Assembly (NCBI RefSeq): GCF_963921235.1
Contig: NC_086097.1
Coordinates: 186,808,001-186,872,000 of the forward strand
From: Mobula hypostoma
Lineage: Eukaryota
Reading direction: 5' to 3'
Length of the DNA stretch: 64,000 nucleotides
Under the pieces are notes generated by a model. That model worked only from the letters and a program-made list of their open reading frames with translations, ran no database searches and was not told the DNA's origin. Below are positions 52,176 to 64,000 of the stretch, piece after piece. Position 1 is the first letter of the stretch, and the number at the start of each line of letters is the position of its first letter. The position numbers and the translations under genes are program-made.

Positions 52176-54512
52176 TCTCAGAAAGGCGCTGCCAAAGTTA
52201 TACCAACATGTCTCCTGCCCCACTAGAGGCCCGAATATACTTGACCACTGCTACAGTCAAGGATGCCTACCATTCCATCCCACGACCTCACTTCGGAAAA
52301 TCAGACCATCAGGCCGTACTCCTCCTCCCGGCTTACATACAGAAACTGAAGCGAAAGGTCACGGTGTCAAAAGTAGTGTCGCGTTGGATGGAGAAACCGG
52401 ATGAGGTCCTCTGTGACTGTTTTGAATCGGTGGACTGGTTAGTATTCAAGGACTCGCAGCAAACCTTGGTTAGTATGCTTCAGCTGTCACGGACTTTATT
52501 TGGAAACGCATGGAGGACTGTGTGTCTCGCAAGACGATCCAGGTATTCCCTAACCGAAAACCTTGGATGAATTATGAGGTCAAGTCCCTTTTAAAGGCTA
52601 GAGCTGCAGCTTTTAGGTCCGGGGATACCAGTCGCTACACGGAATCCGGGCGTGAACTCTGGAAAGCCATTAAGGGTGCCAAGAGGCAATATAGAGCCAA
52701 GTTGGAAGCCCAGGCTAACCAGAGGGATGCCAATAGACTATGGCAGGGTCTAAATGAGATCACTGGGTGCACAGAAAAGGCTGGGAATATCAATAACTGT
52801 GGCACTTCTCTTCCTAACAAACTTAACATATTCTACGCAAGATTCGAACAGAAGAGGAGCGTCCCGCTTCCTCTGGATGAACTGGACCTGGTGGCATCGA
52901 GATTCATCGTCACCGAGGAGGACGTTGGAAGGGCTTTCCTGAAGATAAATCCAAGGAAGCCGACGGGCCCAGATGGCGTCCTAGGACGAGTTCTCCGGGC
53001 CTGTGCAAGCGAGCTAGCTGGAGTGTTTGCTGACATCTTCAACTACTCCTTGCTTCAGTCTAAGATCCCCTCGTATTTTAAGAAGGCAACGATAATCCCA
53101 GTGCCGAAGAAGAGCAAGGTGGCATGTCTGAATGACTATCGACCTGTAGCTCTGAGATCAACTACTATGAAGTGCTTCGAGCAATTGGTTATGGCACACA
53201 TGAACCACAGCCTACCGGTCAACCTCGACGCTTTGCAATTCGCCTACTGGAGCAACAGGCCAACAGCAGATGCCATCCCTCTGGCCCTACATTCCTCCTT
53301 AGAACACCTGAAGAATAAAGATGCATACATAATGCTCCTTTTCATTGACTACAGCTCTGCCTTTAATACCATCATTCCTAAACTGATTCCTAAGCTCCGA
53401 AACCTGGGCCTTAGCACTCAGATCTGCAGCTGGATGTTCAACTTCCTCACAGACAGGACCCAGGCTGTAAAAATAGGGGACAAGCTCTCCTCTACAATCA
53501 CTCTGAGCACCGGTGCCCCACAAGGCTGTGTACTCAGCCCCCTGCTATACTCACTGTACACCCACGATTGTGTAGCCAAGTTTCCATCCAACTCAATATA
53601 TAAGTTTGCTGATGACACAATTGTAGGCCATTCTCGGGTAATGATGAGTTTGAGTACAGAGAGGAAATTAAGAACCTGGTGGCATGGTGCGAAGACAATA
53701 ACCTATCCCTCAACGTCAGCAAGACGAAGGAATTGGTTGTTGACTTCAGAAGGAGTAGCGGACCACACGACCCTATTTACATCGGTGGTGCGCAAGTGGA
53801 ACAAGTCAAAAGCATTAAGTTCCTCAGGGTCAAAATCACAAATGACCTGACTTGGTCCAACCAAGCAGAGTCCACTGCCAAGAAGGCCCACCAGTACCTT
53901 TACTTCCTGAGAAAGCTAAAGAAATTTGGCCTGTCCCCTAAAATCCTCACTAATTTTTATAGATGCACCGTAGAAAGCATTCTTCTAGGGTGCATCACAA
54001 CCTAGTATGGAAGTTGTCCTGTCCAAGACCGGAAGAAGGGGCAGAAGATCGTGAACACGGCACAGCACATCACACAAACCAATCTTCCGTCCGTGGACTC
54101 ACTTTACATCGCACGCTGTCGGAGCAGTGCTGCCAGGATAATCAAGGACACGACCCACCCAGCCAACACAGTTTTCGTCCCTCTTCCCTCCGGGAGAAGA
54201 CTCAGGAGCTTGAAGACTCGTACGGCCAGATCTGGGAACAGCTTCTTTCCAACTGTGATAAGACTGCTGAACGGATCCTGACCCGGATCTGGGCCGTACC
54301 CTCCAAATATCCGGACCTGCCTCTCGTTTTTTTTCTGCACTATCTTACTTTCCATTTTTCTTTTTTCTATTTATGATTTGTAATTTAAATTTTTAATATT
54401 TACTATCAATTTGTAATCCAGGGAGCGGGAATCGCAGAATCAAATATTGCTATGATGATTTACGTTCTAGTATCAATTGTTTGGCGACAACAAGTTATAA
54501 AGTATAAAGTAT
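52176..54512 (+). mobile_element. Rex1/Babar LINE, 5'-truncated, few frameshifts
   Basis: PHFGKSDH; FPNRKPW; GPDG...LRACASELAGVFADIFN; CLNDYRPVAL; LFIDYSSAFNTI; TGAPQGCVLSPLLYSLYTHDC; KFADD; (TAAAGTA)n tail. Confidence 0.9.
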
Positions 54513-55327
54513 ATGCTATGCTAATTATGCAAGACCTTTTCCCTTGTTTTACTCATGCCATTTGTACCAATGTTCTAAATTCAAAGTAAAAATTTATTAT
54601 TGAAGTACATATATGATACCATATAGTATTTTCAGATTCATTGTTTGTTGGTCTTTATGTAGAATTTTTTTGTAAATTCTATTGTATTTATGTTCCTGTA
54701 AATGTCTGCAAGAAAATTAATCTGAAGGTAGTATATGGTAACATATACATACTTCGAGAATATGTTACTTTGAATCTTTTAAAACAATGATTTTTGACTC
54801 AATGAATAGAATGAGTAGACTGTGTGCAGTCAGATATACTACAGCATTTATGCTTCTAAAATTCCTATCTAGTGAATTATTTTGCATGTGGAGCAGCTAA
54901 TTTACACAAAGAAAGGATACACAAGCACAATGAGATAAATGTCTTGGTAACTTTCCACATTCAGGGCATTTTATTTCAACTAAAGGTTATTTAAACTTAG
55001 ATTAAAAGGACCTCAATATTGGGATCATGCAACTAAGGTTTTTTTTAAAAACAAAATCCTTTAATATAAATGCAAAAACTAACTGTAAATGTAGCAGTAA
55101 TGGTGAAAAATGGCCAATAAACAGTTTTATCTTCATTTGCAGGACATAACCATTGCCGTTAGCATATGCCTCTCAACTCTGATGGATCTTGTGGGTAGGT
55201 GTTATGGAACAAATCCTCCTCTCCTATACACAGGTCATACCTGTACCTGCTTACTTGTGAACAATGCTTTTACCAGGATTGAAATGTTTTTTTTTTAAAA
55301 AGTGCAAAAGGCAAAGAGAAAACTTAC

Positions 55328-55394
55328 CTATAACAGTGACAGGTATATTTACTGGGACATCCCCAAGGAGAGTAGTTTCTTCTAGTAGTGGCAT
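55328..55394 (-). CDS. OSGIN2: OSGIN2 first coding segment
   Basis: ATG at 55394: MPLLEETTLLGDVPVNIPVTVI(G)|GTAAGT; phase 1 fits the 137-nt exon. Total CDS 67+137+192+92+1036 = 1524 nt = 507 aa plus stop. Confidence 0.88.
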
Positions 55395-55704
55395 TGCTAC
55401 CAGTTGGAACAATAACAGAGCAGGCAGTACCCCTTCCACCACTTAATTTTCACATCGAGGCTTCACAAGTCACAATTCTGTTCTATTTCAAACTAAATGG
55501 AAGTAAATATCATGAGTTAATTACTGTGACTTTTTATTTCTTAAATTATAACCTTTTAAGTGGGTCAATTTTTTCAAACAGATAAATGAAGTTGATATAC
55601 ATTTACAATATACAATTTACAAAAGGTTATTGCTTATTGCTTTACATTGGCCAATGCATCAGTGATATCCTGAACTGTCAAAAAAGAGTTACATACTATA
55701 TTTT

Positions 55705-56400
55705 CGAAGTTCAAAGTAAATTTGTCAAAACATATGTGTGTCACAATATACTACCTTGAGATTCATTTTCTTGCAGACAATTCCAAGAACATCAAGTATA
55801 ACAGATTTTATGAAAAAGACTATATGTAATAATGACTGACAAGCATACAATCTGAAAAAGAGGACACATCGTGCAAAAATTACTTTAAAATAAACAAGTA
55901 ATACTGAGAACACGAGCTCAAGAGTCCTTATGAGTGAGTTGATGCACGTAGGTTGTGGAGTCAGTTCTGCGTTGAACCATGCTGGTTCAGAAGCCTGAGG
56001 GCTGTAGGGTAAAACTGTTCCTGAACTTGGTAGAATGGGACCTACCACTTCTGTACCTCCTGCCTGGTGATAGTAGCATGAAGAGAGCATGGCCTGGATG
56101 TTAGGGGTCTTTGAAGATAGATGTTGCTTTCTTGTGCTGGCTATCCTTGTAAGTGTGCTTAATGGTAGGGAGGGCGTTGCCTGTGATGGATTGGGCTGAA
56201 TTCACCATTTTTTTTGGGTAGACTTTTCTATTCCTAGATATTGGCTGTATCACGGCCTGGTATGGAAACACCAATCAGGATGCTCTCCACCGTGCATCTC
56301 TAAAAGTCTGTCAAAGTTTTACATGTCCTGCTGATCTACGCAAGCTTCTAAGCAGAAGCGCTGCCGTGCCTTCTTTGTAATGGCACTTATGCACTGGTTA
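55705..56400 (-). mobile_element. Degenerate Rex1/Babar-type 3' end
   Basis: Reverse motifs ATCTTCAAAGACCCCTAACATCCAGGCCATGCTCTCTTC...CTATCACCAGGCAGGAGGTACAGAAG; AAGTTCAAAG tail side. Confidence 0.6.
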
Positions 56401-57104
56401 GTGTAGGTTGAAAGTGTAAAGCTATCTTTGAACCAAAATCCTAGCATTTGTCTGATCACATAAATTTCTTTGCAGTTCACTTAGGTTAATGAAACTGTTT
56501 CCTAGAGCTATATCAAGAAGTAAAACATGATTCTCTTGTCAAAGGATTGAATTTCTGTACACTTACAGCATGAATTGATATTAGTGTGCCTTTTCAGAAA
56601 CATATTGTAACAGAAAACATTAAAAAGGCAACTTTAATACCTTCCTTCACATTTACTTGTGAATAAGCAACATCCTGCAATCTATCATTCGACTCAAATC
56701 CACATGTGGATAAGAGTTTCCTGGACCAAAGTTTGGTTATATCAGGTATAGCTGCTACAAGAAATAGCTGGTTACATTCTTAGCAGAACAGAACATGAGC
56801 ATCTTTTATTGAAGACTGCAGACTGTGAAAACTGTATAGCAGTTTACGAGATCAAGAAATACATAAGCAGCCATTAACTTTAATTTTCAAAGGTCACCTA
56901 GTAAAGCAGAAAGGGAAAGTCAGTATTTCAGATGGAACCCATAATTGTCAGCAATTTTCCTTTTACTTTGGATGTAACGAAGTTCTCAGTTTTCTTTTTA
57001 TTTTGAATTTATCAGTTAAGCAACATCCAGGCTTCAAGGTAAAATATTATAGAGAACTGCATGTCGAAACATTTCAGCTTCAGATTGATTTCTCACATAT
57101 ACAT

Positions 57105-60100
57105 TAGAAACATAGAAAATCTACAGCACAATACAGGCCCTTCAGCCCACAAAGTTGTGCCGAACATGTCCCTACCTTAGAAATTACGAGGGTTACCCCT
57201 AGCCCTCTATTTTTCTAAGCTCCATGTACCTATCCAAAAGTCTCTTAAAAGACCCTATCGTATCCACCTGTGCCACCGGCAGCCCATCCTAGGCACTCAC
57301 CACTCTCTGCATAAAAAACTTACCCCTGACATCTCCTCTGTACCTGTCTCCAGCACCTTAAACCTGTATCCTCTTGTGGCAACCATTTCAGCCCTGGGAA
57401 AAAGCCTTTGACTATCCACATGATCAATGACTTTCATCTTATACACCTCTATCAGGTCACCTCTCATCTTCCATCGTTCCAAGGAGAAAAGGCCGAGTTC
57501 ACGCAACCTGTTTTCATAAGGCATGCTCCATCAATCCAGGCAACATCCTTGTAAATCTCCTCTGCACCCTTTCTATGGTTTCCACATCCTACCTGTTGTG
57601 AGGCGACCAGAACTGAGCATAGTCCACCATTGGGGTCTTACCAGAGTCCTATATAGCTGCAACATTACCTCTCGGCTCCTAAATTCAACTCCATGATTAA
57701 TGAAGGCCAATACACCGTATGCCTTCTTAACCACAGAGTCAACCTGTGCAACTGCTTTGAGCATCCTGTGGACCTGAACACCAAGATCCCTCTGATTCTC
57801 CACACTGCCAAGAGTCTTACCATTAATACTGTATTCTGCCATCATATTTGACCTACCAAAATAAACCACTTCACACTTACCTGGGTTGAATTCCATCTGC
57901 CACTTCTCAGCCTAGTTTTGCATCCTATCAATGTCCCGTTGTAAACTCTGACAACCCTCCACACTATCCACAACACCTCCAACCTTTGTGTCATCAACAA
58001 ACTTACTAACCCATCCCTCCACTTGCTTATCCAGGTCATTTATAAAATTCACAAAGAGTAAGGGTTCCAGAACAGATCCCTGAAGCACACCACTGGTCAC
58101 TGACCTCCATGCAGAATATGACCTGTCTACAACCACTCTTTGCCTTCTGTGAGCAAGCCAGTTCTGGATCCACAAAACAAGGTCCCCTTGGATCCCATGC
58201 CTCCTTACTTTCTCAATAAGCCTTACATGGGGTACCTTATCAAATGCCTTGCTGAAATCCATATACACTACATCTACTACTCTTCCTTCATCAATGTGTT
58301 TAGTCACATCCTCAAAAAAAATTCAATCAGGCTCGTAAGGCACAACCTGCCCTTGACAAAACCATGCTGATTACTCCTAATCATATTATACCTCTCCAAA
58401 ATGTTTATAAATCCTGCCTCTCAGGATCTTCTCCATCAACTTACTCCAACTTAGCATGCCCACTGAAGTAAGACCCACTGGTCTATAATTTCCTGGGCTA
58501 TCTCTACTCCCTTTCTTGAATAAAGGAACAACATCTGCATCCTCCAATCCTCCGATCCTCCGGAACCTTCCCCGTCCCCATTGATGATTCAAAGATCATC
58601 GCCAGAGGTTCAGCAATCTCCTCCCTCACCTCCCACAGTAGCCTGGGGTACATCTCATCCGGTCCTGGCGACTTATCCAACTTGATGGTTTCCAAAAGTT
58701 CCAGCACATCCTCTTTCTTAATATCTACAGTTTTTTCAGTCCACTGCAAGTCATCACTACAATCACCGAGATCCTCTTCCATAGTGAATACTGAAGTAAA
58801 GAATTCATTAAGTACCTCTGCTATTTCCTCCAGTTCCATACACACTTTTGCAGTATCACACTTGATAGGTCCTATTCTTTCACATCTTATCCTCTTGCTC
58901 TTCACATACTTGTAGAATGCCTTAGGGTTTTCCTTAATCCGCCAAGGCCTTCTCATGGCCCCTTCTGGCTCTCCTAATTTCCTTTTTAAGCTCCTTCCTG
59001 TTAGCCTTATAATCTTCCAGATCTCTAACAGTACGTAGCTCTCTGAACCTTTAGAAAGCTTTTCTGTTCTTCTTAATGAGATTTATTTCAGCCTTTGTAC
59101 ACCACGGTTCCTGTACCCTACCATAACTTCGCTGTCTCATTGGAACGCACCTATACAGAACTCCACACAAATATCCCCTGAACATTTGTCCCATTTCTTC
59201 CGTTCTTTTCCCTGAGAACATCTGTCCCAATTTAAGCTTCCAATTTCCTGCCTGATAGACTCATGTAGATTGGGTGAACCAAATTGGTAAAGGTGCCGAG
59301 GAAGAGGATTTCTTGGAATGTATGCGGGATGGTTTTTTGAACCAACATGTCGAGGAACCAATTAGAGAGCAGGCTATTCTGGACTGGGTTTTGAGCAATG
59401 AGGAAGGGTTAATTAGCGATCTTGTCGTGAGAGGCCCCTTGGGTAAGAGTGACCATAATATGGTGGAATTCTTCATTAAGATGGAGAGTGACATAGTTAA
59501 TTCAGAAACAAAGGTTCTGAACTTAAAGAGGGGTAACTTTGAAGGTATGAGACGTGAATTAGCTAAGATAGACTGGCAAATGACACTTGAAGGATTGACG
59601 GTGGATATGCAATGGCAAGCATTTAAAGGTTTCATGGATGAACTACAACAATTGTTCATCCCAGTTTGGCCAAAGAATAAATCAAGGAAGGTAGTGCACC
59701 CATGGCTGACAAGAGAAATTAGGGATAATATCAATTCCAAAGAAGATGCATACAAATTAGCCAGAGAAAGTGGCTCACCTGAGGACTGGGAGAAATTCAG
59801 AGTTCAGCAGAGGAGGACAAAGGGCTTAATTAGGAAGGGGAAAAAAGATTATGAGAGAAAACTGGCAGGGAACATAAAAACGGACTGTAAAAGCTTTTAT
59901 AGATATGCAAAAAGGAAAAGACTGGTAAAGACAAATGTAGGTCCCCTGCAGACAGAAACAAGTGAATTGATTATGGGGAGCAAGGACATGGCAGACCAAT
60001 CGAATAATTACTTTGGTTCTGTCTTCACTAAGGAGGACATAAATAATCTTCCAGAAATAGTAGGGGACAGAGGGTCCAGTGAGATGGAGGAACTGAGCGA

Positions 60101-61790
60101 AATACATGTTAGTAGGGAAGTGGTGTTAGGTAAATTGAAGGGATTGAAGGCAGATAAATCCTCAGGGCCAGATGGTCTGCATCCTAGAGTGCTTAAGGAA
60201 GTAGCCCAAGAAATAGTGGATGCATTAGTGATAATTTTTCAAAACTCGTTAGATTCTGGACTAGTTCCTGAGGATTGGAGGGTGGCTAATGCAACCCCAC
60301 TTTTTAAAAAAGGAGAGAGAGAGAAACCGGGGAATTATAGACCGGTTAGCCTAACGTCGGTGGTGGGGAAACTGCTGGAGTCAGTTATCAAGGATGGGAT
60401 CACAGCACATTTGGAAAGCAGTGAAATCATCGGACAAAGTCAGCATGGATTTGTGAAAGGAAAATCATGTCTGACGAATCTCATAGAATTTTTTGAGGAT
60501 GTAACTAGTAGAGTGGATAGGGGAGAACCAGTGGATGTGGTATATTTGGATTTTCAAAAGGCTTTTGACAAGGTCCCACACAGGAGATTAGTGTGCAAAC
60601 TTAAAGCACACGGTATTGGGGGTAAGGTATTGGTGTGGATGGAGAATTGGTTAACAGACAGGAAGCAAAGAGTGGGAATAAACGGGACCTTTTCAGAATG
60701 GCAGGCGGTGACTAGTGGGGTACCGCAAGGCTCAGTGCTGGGACCCCAGTTGTTTACAATATATATTAATGACTTGGATGAGGGAATTGAATGCAGCATC
60801 TCCAAGTTTGCAGATGACACGAAGCTGGGTGGCAGTGTTAGCTGTGAGGAGGATGCTAAGAGGATGCAGGGTGACTTGGATAGGTTGGGTGAGTGGGCAA
60901 ATTCATGGCAGATGCAATTTAATGTGGATAAATGTGAAGTTATCCACTTTGGTGGCAAAAATAGGAAAACAGATTATTATCTGAATGGTGGCCGATTAGG
61001 AAAAGGGGAGGTGCAACGAGACCTGGGTGTCATTATACACCAGTCATTGAAAGTGGGCATGCAGGTACAGCAGGCAGTGAAAAAGGCGAATGGTATGCTG
61101 GCATTTATAGGGAGAGGATTCGAGTACAGGAGCAGGGAGGTACTACTGCAGTTTTACAAGGCCTTGGTGAGACCACACCTGGAGTATTGTGTGCAGTTTT
61201 GGTCCCCTAATCTGAGGAAAGACATCCTTGCCATAGAGGGAGTACAAAGAAGGTTCACCAGATTGATTCCTGGAATGGCAGGACTTTCATATGAAGAAAG
61301 ACTGGATGAACTGGGCTTGTACTCGTTGGAATTTAGAAGATTGAGGGGGGATCTGATTGAAACATATAAAATCCTAAAGGGATTGGACAGGCTGGATGCA
61401 GGAAGATTGTTTCCGATGTTGGGGAAGTCCAGAACGAGGGGCCACAGTTTGAGGATAGAGGGGAAGCCTTTTAGGACCAAGATGAGGAAAAACTTCTTCA
61501 CACAGAGAGTGGTGAATCTGTGGAATTCTCTGCCACAGGAAACAGTTGAGGCCAGTTCATTGGCTAAATTTAAGAGGGAGTTAGATATGGCCCTTGTGGC
61601 TACGGGGGTCAGGGAGTATGGAGGGAAGGCTGGGGTGGGGTTCTGAGTTGGATGATCAGCCATGATCATAATAAATGGTGGTGCAGGCTCGAAGGGCCAA
61701 ATGGCCTACTCCTGCACCTATTTTCTATGTTTCTATGTTTCTATAATTCCTCTTACTCCAATTAAACACTTTTCTAACTTGTCTGTTCCA
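57105..61790 (-). mobile_element. CR1 ORF2 copy split by a younger antisense CR1
   Basis: RT motifs at 57297-58956; CCTGATAGACTCAT (59264) continues as AATTCCTCTTACTCCAATTAAA (61745), collinear with the reverse complement of 10066-10130. Confidence 0.92.
59265..61744 (+). mobile_element. Young 5'-truncated CR1 with uninterrupted 790-codon ORF2 remainder (59274-61646)
   Basis: APE C-terminal LDWVL...GKSDH, complete RT ([27 protein letters not shown]) and C-terminus; (TTTCTATG)3 tail. Confidence 0.96.
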
Positions 61791-64000
61791 AATCTTGTTG
61801 AAACATGCAGTGAAACGTACTGTTTGCGTTAACAGCCATCAAAACACAAGAATATGCTGGTGGCAGCCAAAAGTTTTGCCACACACTCCAGTTCCAACAT
61901 AGCATGCCCACAAAGCTCGGCAGAATGACAAAGAACACAATAAAACAGAATACTACAAGCAACCAACCAACATCATCATCCCATTTATCTTCTCACACAC
62001 ACCCCCCGGACCTCCAGCAGACTCACAGCCAACAGCCCTCCCATCCCCCCCCCACCCCCCAGCTTCCCCAGTGGACCTCAGAATAGTAGACCCAGGACTT
62101 CAGCCCATTGATTTCCAGACTTCTGATCGACTTTCAGGATCTGATCTTTGGTATCAACTCAAAGACTAGCCAATGGGACCCTGAACTCCAGTACCTGATT
62201 TCCAGACTGGCTGATGATGGGACCCTGAACTGCAAGCATCAAACTCCGGACACATCGACTCTGTGTCTATTGAGCAAGTGGCAACTGGCTATTGGTCCTC
62301 ATGGTCATCTGACTCCAGACCCACCAACCTGGGGGACTTGCTGACCCAATGAGCTCTTCCTCACTTGCCAGCCCAACATCCATGATGTCCTTCATCAACA
62401 TTTGGAATTTTTAAACAGTTACATCACCAATATTAGATTGTTCTCCCTAATACTGTTCTGTATAATGTCATCGGTCCAACATAATTTTCATTAACAATAA
62501 CATTCTGCATATATAAGCATTATTTACTGTTATCAGAATAAAAGGAAGTTATAAACAATTTCTACGGATTTAAGCCTCAAGAAAAAGTAATTTGATCATC
62601 TAGATTTATACAGTGCTGAAGCTCACATATTTAGAATGATCAACTCATGTCAACATGGATTGGAAGTATGTTGCAAAGTATAATCTGCCTGGGATTCAGT
62701 TATTTCTAAATTACATCATTCATTATTTCACACTCACATTATGCACTCACCATAAAGCATTTTTTGTTCTCTGCAGTTCTTTTTCCTATGCTAACAACAA
62801 TCTTGTGCAGTCCTGCATGAAGGTTGTTCGGAGGTTTCTAGTTTAAAGATTTTGTTCTACTTTCTCACTGCACCTTAGGTAACTTTGCTTGCAAAGGATA
62901 GAGAGATGAACACAATGCATTTTGTCACATGGAAATTTGAACCAATGGTATTTTATTGAAAGCCTAGTATCATGATGGTCTGTACCATCTTGATTGGTGG
63001 GCAAATGAAACTTTTTATAATGCAATGGAAATTTGACACTGCTAAGATAACTGTAAAATAGTATCGGCATTGAACAATTTTCTCATTTTCTTTAATACTT
63101 ATGGCTAGGCTGGTGTGTTATCCTCTCCAGACATAACCTGACCATGGTCGATGGAGACAACGTAACTCATTCTGTAATCATGGTATTAGTTTGACAGCAA
63201 AGTAATGCAGCAATATTTATTAGCAGATCAGTTATAAATCTGAACAATTTCTTTGCAGTGAACAAAAGGCATTTTTTTCCTAAGTTGAAAGGCGCTAGTT
63301 GAAAATGTTGCATAGGTCATATTTGTGTGTTGGGGGGGGGGGAAGTAAAATAAGGTGAACATATACTCAAAGAAAAACACGGAAAGAGGTAAATAAAATC
63401 AGTTTAAAAAGACAGATACAATTCAAAGCATAATTAAATTTATTTTTGTGCATATCCTATCTATTCTTAGAGTGTGCAGAAGGAGTTACAACCTGTTAAT
63501 CTAAAAACACTGCTCAAAATTTTAAGGTTTATAATCAAAATCTATTAAATTTTTAGAAAAGTAATCAAATACCTTTTCAGAAAGATAACACAAGCTTTGA
63601 TATAACCAAGACTGCTCCGGTGGGTGGAACTTTTCTCAGCTTGGATTGCTGGTGGCAGAATTCACCTGCTTTTCTCAAGAGGTCCCATAACTACGTGTGG
63701 ATACAAATGGAAGCTGGCATCACACCAAGAATCTCCTTTCTTTCTCTCTGCCACTCTAAATAACCTAGAAAAACAGACATTTTGTTTTTGCTTCAATTAA
63801 AATCACTTAAGAGGTGGTACTAAATATATCTACAAATATAAAGAGTTCACCGTGCAAAACAATCACCTAAACAGCTTTTGACAGATTTTTTTTAAACCTA
63901 GAAAGAATTCAGACAGTAAAAAGTGACAAATTTGCAGAAAGTGATTAAGCTGACCTGATGGATTTGATTTCTTGTACTGACAACAATGAGGTTCGTGACC

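Noticed and set aside
59274..61646. 790-aa ORF as a host or domesticated gene
   Set aside because: It is a 5'-truncated CR1 ORF2 with a microsatellite tail and a near-identical sibling; intactness is explained by young age.
57105..61744. Apparent head-to-head fusion of two CR1s from a dual-priming event
   Set aside because: The minus-strand CR1 resumes collinearly at 61745, so this is ordinary nesting; the same holds for 35675-38402.

Overview
Repeat-rich vertebrate genomic DNA, most likely from a cartilaginous fish (inferred from HE1/V-SINE-type SINEs and the CR1, Penelope and Rex1 repertoire). Two host genes converge tail-to-tail. OSGIN2 lies on the minus strand: five coding exons at 55394-30373 splice into a 507-aa ORF with canonical GT/AG junctions. 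A short plus-strand exon at 15254-15284 fits the terminal coding exon of NBN (nibrin), matching the OSGIN2-NBN arrangement known in mammals. Most of the remainder is transposon-derived: CR1 LINEs (several nested, one with an uninterrupted 790-codon 5'-truncated ORF2), an RTE-clade LINE, Rex1/Babar LINEs, an internally deleted Gypsy element, Tc1 remnants, V-SINEs and Penelope-like elements (PLEs). The most notable signals are seven copies of a minimal type-I hammerhead ribozyme motif in the PLE terminal repeats, TSD-bounded fold-back PLE insertions with an asymmetric tail, and a (TTAGGG)n telomeric patch replacing 52 bp inside a CR1 copy. These belong to known phenomenon classes; I found no clearly novel protein-coding system. 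Repeat boundaries are approximate unless a TSD or junction is cited.
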